A stretch of 64,000 nucleotides of DNA from Mizuhopecten yessoensis (lineage: Eukaryota), in assembly GCF_002113885.1 (NCBI RefSeq), contig NW_018404833.1, positions 463,235-527,234 of the forward strand. The letters run 5' to 3'. The notes below the pieces were generated by a model, which worked only from the letters and a program-made list of their open reading frames with translations, was not told the origin of the DNA and searched no databases. Made by a program: the position numbers and the translations under genes. Shown here one piece after another: positions 27,790 through 40,878 of the stretch; the stretch's first letter is position 1; the number at the start of each line of letters is the position of its first letter.

Positions 27790-28345
27790 GATAAACATAC
27801 GAAGTTATACTTTAAAAGGTCCGTACTGATAAGGTTGTAATGTACATACTACTGTCCACAGTCCGGATTTACGAGGTTCTTCTACATGTATATACAGTCA
27901 AGATAATCAAAGGTTTCCCGTACACAGTCCGGATTTACGAGGTTCTTCTACATGTATATACAGTCAAGATAATCAAAGGTTTACAGTACACAGTCCGGAT
28001 TTACGAGGTTCTACTTAAAAAAGGTCCGCACTGATAAGGTTGTAATGAACATACTACTGTACACAGTCCGGATTTACGAGGTTCTTCTACATGTATATAC
28101 AGTCAAGATAATCAAAGGTTTACCGTTCACAGTCCGGATTTACGAGGTTCTACTTCAAAAAGGTCCGCACTGATAAGGTTTTAATGTACATACTACTGTA
28201 CACAGTCCGGATTTACGAGGTTCTTCTACATGTATACCGTACACTGTCCGGATTTACGAGGTTCTACTTCAAAAAGGTCCGCACTGATAAGGTTTTAATG
28301 TACATACTACTGTCCACAGTCCAGCATTTTGAGGTTCTGTTGTAC
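27790..28345. repeat. Composite tandem repeats related to the adjacent 30-bp satellite
   Basis: Recurrent ACAGTCCGGATTTACGAGGTTCT with two alternating spacers. Confidence 0.85.
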
Positions 28346-28506
28346 CTAATGTTCTATTTTACCTAGTGACATACAGCACAAATTAAAGCTATGATGGATT
28401 TTGCGAGAAAACCTATAATTTTCTAATATACAGGAAATGTACAGCCTGGACTGCGTAAAGTAAGTAACGCGAGCCTTATATAACAGCGTCACCAATGCAT
28501 AGCTAG

Positions 28507-28672
28507 CAGTGGCGGATCCAGAGGGGTTTTTTGGGCTTCAGGAAACCCCCCCACCCCGAGAATTTTCTTTAAAAATCATGTATTTTCACCATTTTCCTCA
28601 ATTTTTCCCCACATGGACACCCCCCCCGGAAATTTGGAAACCCCCCCGGATAGGTCTCTGGATCCGCCACTG
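28507..28672. mobile_element. MITE, hAT-like termini, 5-bp TSD
   Basis: Perfect 17-bp TIR CAGTGGCGGATCCAGAG / CTCTGGATCCGCCACTG flanked by GCTAG on both sides. Confidence 0.85.
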
Positions 28673-29094
28673 GCTAGCAAGATTATTTCTTTATTTCCTC
28701 CAATTTGAAGAGTTACAAAGGACCATGCTATACCGATTGTGAATTGGTTTATTACAGAATTATCTTTCTCGGGGAAGCGGATTTGAATGTTTAAAAACTA
28801 CCCAATTGCATAATTGTATGTAAGATCAATTAGAGAAACGTAGCTGGTTGTTCAGTGTTTCATTGAATTCAATTCCATGATGTGAAATTCAGTTGAGATC
28901 TGATTTGTACCTTCTACAGCATACTAAACATTACAATGTGTGCAACTCACGGAGTTCCCAAGATTCGTTAATACTAGTTTAATATCGAACAACTTATTAT
29001 ACGAAAAAGATAAAAGTGTCCGTTACATTTCTCAAAAGAGAATTCAATCTGCCGAGAGTATGGACATAAATCATACAAGATACATAACAATTGT

Positions 29095-29485
29095 ATACGT
29101 CATATATAAATTAGATAGGTTGTGTATAGGTTGTATATCATTCATGTTAGATATAAATGATTCACGTCATATATAAATTAGATAGGTTGTGTATAGTTTG
29201 TATATCATTCATGTTAGATATAAATGATTCACGTCATAATTATATAAATCATACTCGTTATATGTAAAAATCATACACGTTATATATAAACGATACACGT
29301 AAGATATAATACACGTTATATATAAATCATACATGTTATATATATATCATACACGTTATAAAAATCATACACGTTGTAAATAAATTATACGCGTTAGATA
29401 TAAATAATTTATGTTATATATAAAATTTACGCGTTATATATAAATAGCATACAGGGGAGAAATTAACATGTATAAATCATACAGT
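29095..29485. repeat. AT-rich degenerate repeats
   Basis: A duplication of about 70 bp followed by ATATAAATCATACACGTT-like units. Confidence 0.7.
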
Positions 29486-30298
29486 GAATCTATACATTGT
29501 AACTCACAGTCGTGCTATTTATAATTAAATATATTTGTAAGCAGGAGACAAAAAACAAGGAGTTCATGCAGAAAAATATTTTGAAGCATTGTATTGTAAA
29601 TGTAGTGTGTGTTAACAAACCAAGAGCATTATTACCAAAATAAATAGCTCTCCTGATTCCGAAATCGTACATTGATGATACGTAGAAGGAACGATGAGAT
29701 AATGATGCGATAATTGAGAGTTTTTCTCACAAGCACGGTCGTTTGCATGAGTTTCGATTCGTTTTGAACTTTAAATCTTCAAAGAAACATTCGGCGAGGA
29801 AAGCCAAGCGTTTACCTAGGATGGCGGACTAGCTCTATCAATTGTTTTCCACAGTTTTCCCTTCAATCACAATGCTTTGTCGCTATAACGGGACTTTCAC
29901 GGGACTTCGGCAACGTATCGTCTGCTCGAAGGTATGAAATTGACAAACGTTCTAACGAGGTGATAATTGCGGGAGTCACGTGCGGCAACAAATTCACGTA
30001 GTTTTGGAGACAGCACGAAAGATTAACTGGACTTCAAATGTGCCGAAAATCGGTTTACACGTAAACACTTCCACTGATGACTGCAACATTTAGCACCCAG
30101 ATCAAACCAATATAGAAAATTACTGATAAATTGCATATAATAATTAGCTGAGTAAGAACACGCCGAAAAGTCGACAGTCTACAAGTCTCTGTCGCACAGT
30201 TATTGGCGAAACATGCCGGCGACATGTGTTTAGCAGAAGTGATTCTTGCGTGTTCTAGCGCGTCCTGTCTCCTTAATTTATCATTTCTCTTCCCAAAT

Positions 30299-30310
30299 TA
30301 TATAAATATA
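30299..30310 (+). promoter_or_regulatory. Probable TATA box of the bHLH gene
   Basis: TATATAAATA about 80 nt upstream of the ATG; E-box CACGTG near 29977. Confidence 0.5.
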
Positions 30311-30383
30311 GTATGCCAATCTTCTGACGGTCAAACAGACTTGTATTCATCAGAAACGACATATCCAGATCAGTCGGTCTTGC

Positions 30384-31067
30384 ATGAATCTGGAGTTCAA
30401 TTCATTTGGGAGGTCACCTCATTCTGATATGGACATTCTACATAAACGTATTGGAAGAAAACGAAACGAGCGGGAAAGACGCCGGGTTCAGGGAATCAAT
30501 GATCTTTTAGTTAATCTAAAAGACAAGCTTCCGATAGATTGGACGTCTCCAAAAATGAGTAAGCTCGAAATTCTTCGAAAATCGACGTCATACATAAAAC
30601 TTCTGATGGAAATGACCCTGGATGAAGAATCGGAAATACCATTTGACGGAAATCTTGACGTTTTCGGTGAGCAACAAGAGTTTCAAGGACAAAGTGTATG
30701 TGGATTCAAAGACGAGACGTTTTCCGGAAGTTCACACTCTTCGTTGTGCTCCGTAGGAACTCTAGCCTCGTCTTCAGGAGAATTGTCATTAGTATCAAAT
30801 GACGAATCGGTTGTATCCGATAGCTTAGAAAGTGCATGTGCGTTTTCTGGAAATTGTTTTCCAGTATCATCTGAATCAATGTCAACAATATCACAAGGTG
30901 TGTTTTTTGAAAGAACGCAGATGTCACCTTTGTTTACCTGTAATTATCAACCAACAGCAACGCAGCAACAGTGCGCGGCAGTGTTGGAAACAAGTATAGC
31001 TGATCTTGTGGTTTTACACGACTCTGAGATGTCAACAACTGGGGTGATCGATGTCAACAATCTCTGA
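30384..31067 (+). CDS. Intronless bHLH transcription factor, achaete-scute b (ASCL3/4/5-like), divergent
   Basis: 227-aa ORF with RKRNERERRRVQGINDLLVNLKDKLP-IDWTSP-KMSKLEILRKSTSYIKLL; Ser/acidic C-terminus; TATA upstream and AATAAA downstream. Confidence 0.85.
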   Translation: MNLEFNSFGRSPHSDMDILHKRIGRKRNERERRRVQGINDLLVNLKDKLPIDWTSPKMSKLEILRKSTSYIKLLMEMTLDEESEIPFDGNLDVFGEQQEFQGQSVCGFKDETFSGSSHSSLCSVGTLASSSGELSLVSNDESVVSDSLESACAFSGNCFPVSSESMSTISQGVFFERTQMSPLFTCNYQPTATQQQCAAVLETSIADLVVLHDSEMSTTGVIDVNNL

Positions 31068-33589
31068 TACCTTTCCGGTCTTAAGTAAGACATTTTAATT
31101 GTATATATAACAAGCTAGTGTTAACACAAGCAAAGTGTTAATTACACTTACCGGGACCAATCTAACAGTGCTGCGTCAGGAAATAAGTGTTACAGTGTTT
31201 TGTTCTTTATGTAAAAACTTAAAAAAGGGTGTTGCATAAATAAACACATGTATTGTTGAGGTTCGTGACTCTGGGATGTTCACAGTAGGTTAGGATCGAT
31301 GTTAACAGACACTGATATCTCGACTTATGACGTTTTAACAAACGAAGTATTAATTGTGCTTGAAGGGAACAATCAAACAGTGCTGCATCAGGAAATGAGT
31401 GTTACCGGAGTTTGTATTTTTATGTAAACAGTAATATGGACCGTTACATGTACACAAATAAACATATATAATGTTGAAGTGCTTTTTCTATTCTTTATTC
31501 GATACCATTTGATATGTTGTTCTGATTAAAGGGAGACTACTCGCACATATTTTTCATTAAATGTGCATCGGTTATGTTCATCATGTATACGAGACCCCTT
31601 TTTTTTTTTTAATATTACAAGTAAAGCGATCCATGCCCCTGTGCATGTGTTCATGTTTTAAAGCATGATATATTATAAAAGCTTCAAACTATTAACTTAA
31701 TGCTTATAAGAAAATCTTGTCTTGTTAGTAGAATGATTCTCTACTTCTGGAAGAGAGATAGAAAAAAAGCTATAAAATCGAAGCTCTCGTAACTGGTATT
31801 AGAAAACCGACAATAAACCTGTTCTGGCTGGGAGAATTTAAAAATAACTGGCGAGGTTACCTGATGATCAAACCTACTTAAATCGGACCTCGTTAGTTTA
31901 AATCAATTTTATTGCAACAAAAGACAAATGGATTGGACAAAAGTTATTGCAACTTACTTACGTCCTTTCCGTAACAGAAAATATATATACAAAATTAATG
32001 TGTCACGTAATAACCTAATACAAATTTATATATGTATATACATATAAGATATTAAAGATGGGTTACAGCAAAAGAGGTAATGATAGGATTAGGGACACCA
32101 ACGTATAGTTTTTAAATATGTATTCGGAGAGTTTACTTGAGATCGCGTGTGTGATTTTCCCAATCGAGTTGACGTAAGTAGTATACCTAATCTATACACA
32201 CATATCCTTCTGCTTTTCTAAAGTTCAATCACATTCCGTGCCGCATTTGCCTTTCTCCTGTGTCACTCCAAGTCTTTCTGTGAATTCCTGCCTTACATAC
32301 TTAGCCGACTAGATTAGGAAAACCGGACACGCACTCTTTGTCATATGGAAACGGTTATGATATTGATGGACGCTCGTTAATCCAGAAACCTATGTAAACC
32401 TAAGTTCATCTGTGTCCCTTTGTTAGTATTGTGAGGTAAATTAACCCTTGTTATAAAAAGCGTGTGTCTTTTCCGCATTTAAAGTAATTCGGAGCACTTG
32501 TTGATTTGTTATTACTAAGATATGTTTGTTAATACTTGAACTTGTGAATTTCCTTTATATTTGAAGGTAAATTATTTCAAAGAAGAATGGATTCTAAAAA
32601 TGAGTATTTTTATTGACTTTTTCGAATATTGAAAGTTCGTTCTGTGTAAGTCTTGGAAACAAGAAATGAAAAGTTTATTGAAAACGAAATTGTGAGATAA
32701 ATTTGCATGCATAAATCAGTGAATCACCATGGTCAGGTTTCGAAGATTTCTGTCTCACAAACATACTGCCGGTTTTCTTTTGGTTGAATATTTCCCAGTG
32801 TTTACCTGTGCATTCTTTGATAATATTTTAATCATTATCAATAATTTGTTTAGCTTCACAATATCGTCAACTATTATATAAAGAGAGGTGTCGACAACAT
32901 TTTTTTTTTTAGTTTACATTTTATAGATTAATAGCAACATCACTGATGTAAATGAAGAATACTAGAAAACCAAGTACTGATCCTTGCGCACACCTACCGT
33001 AATATCTTTATTTGAATATTACCTGTCTTAATTAAACTAAGTTTTGCTGCTGTTTTAATGACAACTTTCACACAATTTAATAGCTTTCCGAGATATACAC
33101 CCAGACTGAGATACAATAAAGATTTTTTTAAATATATTTTTTCATATTTTATTACATCAAATGTAATGATTATCAAACCTATGTGTTTACGTATAAGTGA
33201 CGATAGGGTAAATGGAGTCTTTGGCATTTTACCTTGATCAGCAAAATAAACAGAACATCTTTTGAAAAACTCAGACTGTAAATGTGCATCTCCTCGTTAA
33301 CAAATACAACTGTTTAATAATTCTTCTAATCTTCTTTGTTTTTGTTTTTAATTTTAATTTCGTATCCTAAGCGGTAGGACGAGTATATTTGTACAATGTT
33401 ACAATTCACCCTTGACTTCACCGACGTGTATACGTAGTTACTCAGAGGACATTACGACTCGGAGAGTTACCTCCCTTATATCAATCTGTAGGTTTGAGCA
33501 TCTGGAGCCAGGGATCCGAACAATTTACTTGGTCACCAGCGGCGACAGACCACAGTAACATCTTGCGGGAACTTAATTAATTCCAATGG

Positions 33590-33790
33590 AAATTCAACAA
33601 ATGCCTCCCCTCAGCCCCCAGGGGGCAACACCTACCGTTTATACAAAACTTATAAAAGTTTATTTTTATTTATAATAAAAAAACACCAAACGCTACTATT
33701 ATTATTTTAAGGAAAATTTGACGGACGGACGACGGACACTGCGGTATGGCATTAGCTCACCATGGTCCTTCGGAGCAGGTGAGCTAAACA
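33590..33790 (+). mobile_element. 3' end of a Helentron/CvA-like element
   Basis: (GACG)n microsatellite followed by the hairpin AGCTCACC...GGTGAGCT and an A-run. Confidence 0.6.
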
Positions 33791-34424
33791 AACTTTACAA
33801 ACAGGCATATCTAGTGGCAAGAACTCAACAATACAGATACTAGCATTGGCGAGTACAACAGAGGCCCGATTGCAGCTTTCATGTAGAACTGTACGGACTC
33901 TTCTTTCTCTCTCTTTTAAATTAGATATATACTAAATTAAGCATAATATCTTATAGAATGAAAGCACACTAATATAAAATTTGTATATGGTACACGGAAG
34001 AATGAGAGCTCGCTTGTATGAGGACGAGATAATGTAAGCTCCTAATCATAATGGATACCATACACTTGCTCTTTTCCTAGTGTTCAGGGTGACATACAGT
34101 ACTTCACGTTTTTTTCTTCATAAATGGGGTGCATTGGTTTGATTTTTTGGTTTACAATGCATAAGGAATTTCTTTTAATAAGTTCTATGTTTGTTGTTCA
34201 AAAAGTGCTCCCTAATCATAACTTAAAACTCTGTTCATTGCAACTGATCCATGTCCTGGGATGTTTTTTTCGTTTAGGAACAAAATAGAAGTAAATATCA
34301 TTCCAGGAATTTCAGTGGTGTACATTCAACTGTTTTCGAATTTACTCTACGTGAACAAAAAGAGCACTGATTATCTTCACAAAACAACAAAAAACATTCT
34401 TGAGAATTTTCTGAAATACATTTA

Positions 34425-34630
34425 GGGCCCGTATTCATGAAACCTTTCTCAAGCTCCCGGCTAAGTACTTTGTAATTTGCTTAAATATTTGAAACAGATT
34501 TTGGCTTGATGTCTCTCTAAAATTCATCAAAACCGACGACAAAATGTGTGTTTTTTTTCCATTTATTTATAACTGGAGCAAGAAATTGGGCTTTAGCACA
34601 GGATATGAGTTTGAGTATGAATACGGGTCC
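34425..34630. mobile_element. MITE with GGGCCCGTATTCAT termini; related element at 37765-37990
   Basis: GGGCCCGTATTCAT ... ATGAATACGGGTCC. Confidence 0.6.
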
Positions 34631-36085
34631 TGTGGGATACATACAAGATCTTCCTAGTGCATTTTTTTTTTTTATAAAATACAATAACTAATCAGTTTTT
34701 GCTCAATAATTTATTCCACAAAATGTTGTCTCTTATTTTTTCTCCAATGTATTATGTTGCTTGTTGTCAACATTTTATAAATGTCTGTGCACGTGGCATG
34801 CATATAAACAAACAGAAAGAACGGAAGTGCATTTCCTGCTGGATATACGATCATACACCCTGTCACAGAGTGAAAATGCAACTAAATATAATATCACGTT
34901 TAGACCTGGTGTATCATACCGCACGTTTGAAAGCCATGCTTGTTGTACATGTGGTGCAATACAGAAGGAAGACTTAAAACATTTTAAAATTTGAAATTGC
35001 TTTCTACTGGTGATAGAATATTCTGATTCTATACGGCTTCTAAAATTACTAGACACTTATTGGTAACAAACAACGAATTCAGAAATCTGAAACAACTGTG
35101 TTTCAAAAACGGAACTACAGAATGTCAACACATAAGGAACCATTTGAAACAGATCAGACCAAAGTCGTTTTCTTAACAAAATCACACTGGTCCTGTATAG
35201 AATAAAACGAAGCTGAAACCATTCGACAAAAACCTCTAAAAGATAACATGACATTCAAAACTACTACGTGATCAAAAGAAAATGCAAGGCTGAATTTTGT
35301 TATGCAAATGTTAATAAGCAACCGTCCTCCTCAAACGTGATACATCTCCGTTGGAAACTTTCATCAGCCGATTACTTCACAAAAAAATATATTTAAAGAC
35401 AACATAAATGTTCCATTTGATCAGTCTTTAACGCAAGAGCTTACTCACCAAATATAATGATATATTATTGGATTTTGAAAAATACTTACGACAGGTTGTG
35501 TTAATGTCATGCAAAATGTTGCTATCAACAGTGATTAACACCTTTCACTCAATCAATTTTTAATGAGGTAGACCGGACATGTATGCTCTGGAAATCAACT
35601 TAAGTTGGAAAATGTTCCGAGAATTTAAGTTATCACCACTACCAGATACATCAGTTATTAAAACGGAACCAGTTATTAAAATGTGGGTCTGTTTGATTGT
35701 AGGGCCTTGTACATCTATTTCAAACTAGCACATTGTAAACATGGGATTCAATCATACAAGGTACATACATCTCCTGGTGAATGACAACAAAAAAACGAAA
35801 TTCTTTATGAACACTACATAAAGACCTTGCTAAAACAAACTCATGAAGTGTATACCAATGGACTGAATAAATCCTGCCCAACTTTCATTGTACCAGTTTC
35901 CTTCTGGCAAGATCTTTAATAAACACTACTCCACGACGGGAAACTTTTGTTGAGTGTAAACATTTGCAGATTTCATGGTTACCAAGGAATAATGAATACG
36001 ATTAAAGCAAATTTTTTTACAGTCACACAAAATCTTCATTATAGCCAACAGTCTTACCTCAAAAACCTTTCATCAGCAAAATAAT

Positions 36086-36930
36086 ACAAGAGGCCCAGAG
36101 GGCCTGTATCGCTCACCTGGATAATAAAGCAACCATTGGAAATTATTCTTAATACATAAAATACCTCCAATGGTTCAGAAGAAGGATTTTAAAGATTTAA
36201 ACCTCAAAATCACCTATTGTGCCCAGCAGTTCTGCACCCAGAGGAGCTAAACTCTCTTTTATACAAAATTTAGTCCCCTTTTCCCAAGGATGCTCCAGGC
36301 CAAAGTTGGATGACATCCCTCAAATCGTACAGAGGGAGGAGGATTTTGAAAACTTAAACCTCCAATTCCCTTATGGGGCCCCGCAACTCTGCACCCAGAG
36401 GCGCTACACTCTCTACTATTACAAAATTAAGTCCCCTTTGCAAAAGGATACTCGTGGTCAAATGTGGATAAAATCCCTCCAATGGTACAGAAGGAGAAGG
36501 ATTTAAACGATTTTAACCTCAAATTCCCCTTTTGAGCTCCGTCGCTCTGCATCCAGAAGGGCCACAGTGCAGAGGGGGCACACCTAGTGTTTATACAAAA
36601 TAAAGTCATCTTGGCCCATGGCTGCTCAAAACCAAATTAGGATAAAATCCTTTTATCCCTATGGTAAGAGAAGAATATGTTAAAGGTTTTACCTCAATTT
36701 CCCCTATTGGCCTGTCTCCTCTGCCCCCAGGGGGTCCAAACTCACCATTTGTACAAAATTGAGTCCCCTTTGTCCAAGGATGCTCCAGACCAAATTTGGA
36801 TGAAATCCCTCATTCCCTATGGTAGAAAAAGGATTTTAAAGGTTCTACCTTTATTTCCCTATTTGGACCCGCCCCTCTGCCCCCTTAACATAAAATTGAG
36901 TCCCCTTGTAAGAAGGATGCTCTAGAACTC
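36086..36930 (+). mobile_element. Helentron/CvA-like non-autonomous element with internal tandem repeats of about 165 bp
   Basis: 5' end ACAAGAGGCCCAGAGGGCCTGTATCGCTCACCTG; about 5 diverged units containing AAAATT..GTCCCCTT..CAAGGATGCT. Confidence 0.7.
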
Positions 36931-38840
36931 TCCAACATTACAGTAGATAACAAAACCAACCAACCACATGTAGTGATAACACATACTTCTAAGGATTTAT
37001 ATATAATAAATATGCCACTATAACAAATTCAAATGGATTTTCAAGTATTCCTCATGAACACATATATAGCACCATAAGGCTTTCTATAAATGCCTGCTCA
37101 ACGTCATCACAGTCTATCAAATACCGTGTAACCTGCCTACAGAAACATTCACACTAACCAAACAATCTATTACACACACTTTCTGAAAGAATATGAACAG
37201 ATATATAAACTAGCTTTTACTTGAAGCAAGGCCTCACATATACCTCTGCTCCCAACATATCTGAACGATTTGGAGAACATCCACGAAATGATGGCCAATA
37301 TGTGCTATGGAAACCTGATTTACACTTAATCTAGTCTTCGAATTAAAGGTCAAAGGTCAAATTGAGGCCACATTGACCTCGTTTTAGGACATGACAAGCT
37401 GCCTTTACATGATGTACCTATAGTTTGATGACCATTAATGAAACAGCAGCTGAGATGTTCCAGAACATCTGAGTACTTGATGTCAAAGGTCAAAATGAGG
37501 CCACAGTGACCTCATTTTAGGATGTAACACACCCCTTTTGTGCTATGTACCTATGTACAAAGTTTGATGCCCATGTATAAGACAGCAGCTAAAATATGCT
37601 TCAGAACCTACAGTCTGCACGGATAGGCCGACAAACAGATGCATGCACACGTGCAAGTACTAATTATACCCCAGGGGGTGTAAACATATGCAGATTGCCT
37701 CTTTATTGTCCATGTTGGTCATCTTAAAGCAGTTCTATGCGAAATTGACAGCGTATAATTACCTGGGCCTGTATTCATGAAACCGTTGTCAAGCCAAATT
37801 TCTTCTTCCCGTTATAAATTGTTAACAAATCTTATTTTGTCAATTATTTTTTTTAGAGATTTTTACCCGAATACTGTTTTCAATGTTTACATTTGACTTT
37901 TTGATCGTCGGACATGATTTAAGCCAGTTACAAGAAAGTTGGTTTGAGTACAGATTCCATGCTTGAGCATGGTTTCATGACTATGGGGCCAGAACATCTA
38001 GCTGTCCATTTAATCAATGAGTTTGGCTCCTTTATTTTGGTGTTATGCTTTCTTTTATAGTACATGTGTGAGTATTCCACATGCATACATATATATTTCT
38101 TATGTATTATAAGACAACACAAATGTCTTTTCATTTAAACATCGTTCATAAAAAGGACACAATATTTTAGAAAACATAATTAGATGCATGGTCACATATA
38201 ACTTTGAATTATTCTGTATCACCAGGGTCCAACACCACCAACACAATTGGGTTTGCTTGAAGCTGAACTAGATCTGAATTCCCTGTATACCAGTATTGAA
38301 CAACATGTTAAACTTCAGCTCAAATTTAGTCTGAGGCGTACTCAATGTGTTGTTGGCATTGAGCCAATGTCTGAAATAATTCATACAACAACAAATATTT
38401 AATATATGTACACAAAACTATCTAGAGGAGTGAACAACTGTGGCGTTTTGGCAAGACCTACTGTGTACTGTAATATGTTCCAGCAGCAGCAGCATTTTTA
38501 CAATGTAGATGAAAAGTTTTAAAATGTAAATAAGTTTGAAAATATTAAGTTTAAATGAGTTATATTCAAAAGGAACAGAAAGAACAAAACTTGTGAAAAT
38601 TGAAGAATTGAAAAAGGGCACCTGTTTTTACACTAGAAGTTTCCTTTGACATTATCAGTTGGTAAACCAAATAAGAAATCTGTACATCAAAAAATATCAA
38701 GGATGTTGCTAGAAATTGCTTGTTCTTCATCTTATCATATATATTTTTGAAAGATCAAAGAAAATTATTGTTTGTTATTAATAAGCATGATCACAAAGAG
38801 TTCAAAATTAATAGTATTAAGGCTACCCTACCCATTTTAA

Positions 38841-38923
38841 CCCTTTCACCCCTATGTAACTTTAGTAGACTCTACCATGCATTGATATGGATGAGTCAAT
38901 TATGGTCTACAGTGGTGAAAGGG
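38841..38923. mobile_element. 83-bp TTAA-flanked MITE (piggyBac-like)
   Basis: TTAA|CCCTTTCACC ... GGTGAAAGGG|TTAA; a second copy at 46232-46317. Confidence 0.75.
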
Positions 38924-40106
38924 TTAAGATAACGCTGCCACAAAACACTTAGTGCAAGCTCTTGGTATTCATTTTACTACTCAACACATTTACTCGAAAT
39001 TGATATTCACTCGAAAAAAATAAGAAGGCAAATGTGTTGGGAAAATATTGCCATAAAACTTGCAGTACACAAAATGCTAGAATTTAAGCGATCAATAATG
39101 TATTCCATGTGGATATGTTACAATATTTTAGTTTCCAGACACGTCGGGTGAATTCCAAATGTATTGATTCTAATAACCATCTTTTTTCCCAAAACAGCAC
39201 AAAACCTGTGTTTCTGCTTTCCCTTTCTATCTTAGATTTCAGACCCAAACATATCTTTTGATACTTATTTTAACATTAGCTGTTTTTAAACTTAAAAAAT
39301 ACAGACTCTTTATAAACTTTGTACAAATATTTTTCCAAAATACAAGTTTAAGCATTCTATTTGGTTTACTAGTATTATAACAACATCTGAAAATTTGAAA
39401 AGATTAATTCATAACAAGACATTGGCAACTAACCAGAAAAAAGTGGTTAAATAATTCAAAGATATAATCAAACTGAATCACTGAAATTTTCAGTGCAATG
39501 AATTGCTGTAAAAATTAAGTCCTCACGCTAAAATTAATTCATTTTTTTTAACATTTTTCTGAGAGGGAAGTTTTTGGATTTGTCTTGGATTTGTCTTGAA
39601 GGAAAATTTCAGGGAAAGAAACAAGTAACAGGGAAAGAAAATAGAAAAACAACATAAAGTTCTTTGATCTGAAGAATACCTATAATGTTACTACAAATAA
39701 ATACTAATAAAAACAAGAACATAAAAATATATAATACTACAATGATCACCATTTAATGAGATTGGTAACAATGAGATAATATACATAACAAGCATGCTAC
39801 TAGAATAGTAACAGCTAAAACCTTACAACCCTTCAGAAAAATATAGCCAGTTAACTCTACTACTGTAGCCCTTCAACAGTACTGCGTTTGTAGCTATTAA
39901 CATTATAAGACTAATCTCAAATATTTAATGACCTACAAACAACAGGTACAGTGGAACGTCAATGATTTATAATCCAGCCTTCTTGATTGGTAACTGGAAC
40001 AATTTAGTATAGGAAAGGGCTAATTTCTCCCCTCAAACACTGGCATGGTTTTTGGACAGCCCAATCAACATTGGATTGATTTATGAGGCACTATTAAAGT
40101 ATATTA

Positions 40107-40878
40107 TCAATGACAGTTACTACTTAAATGACAGTTAATATTTAAATGACAGTTACTACTATCAATGACAGTAACTACTTTAACGACAGTTACTACTTTA
40201 ATGACAGCTACTACTTTAACGACAGTTACTACTTTAATGACAGCTACTAATTTAATGACAGTTACTACTTTAATGACAGCTACTACTTTAACGACAGTTA
40301 CTACTTTAACGACAGCTACTAATTTAATGACAGTTACTACTTTAATGACAGCTACTACTTGAACGACAGTTACTACTTTAATGACAGCTACTAATTTAAT
40401 TACAGTTACTACTATTAATGACAGTTACTAATTTAATGACAGTTACTATTTGAATTACAGTAACTATTTGAATGAAAGTTACTCCTATTAATGACAGCTA
40501 CTAATTTAATGACAGTTACTACTTGAATTACAGTTATTATTTTAATGACAGTTACTATTTTAATGACAGTTACTACTATCAATGACAGTTACTACTATCA
40601 ATGACAGTTACTACTTTAACGACAGTTACTATTATCAATGACAGTTACTATTTTTAATGACAGTTACTACTATCAATGACAGTTACTACTATCAATGACA
40701 GTTACTACTTTAACGACAGTTACTACTATCAATGACAGTTACTATTTTAATGACAGTTACTACTATCAATGACAGTTACTATTTTAATGACAGTTTCTAC
40801 TATTAATGACAGCTACTAATTTAATGGCAGTTACTCTATCAATGACAGTTACTACTTTAATTAAAGTTACTACTATCA
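40107..40878. repeat. 18-bp minisatellite (about 43 copies)
   Basis: AATGACAGTTACTACTTT. Confidence 0.93.
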
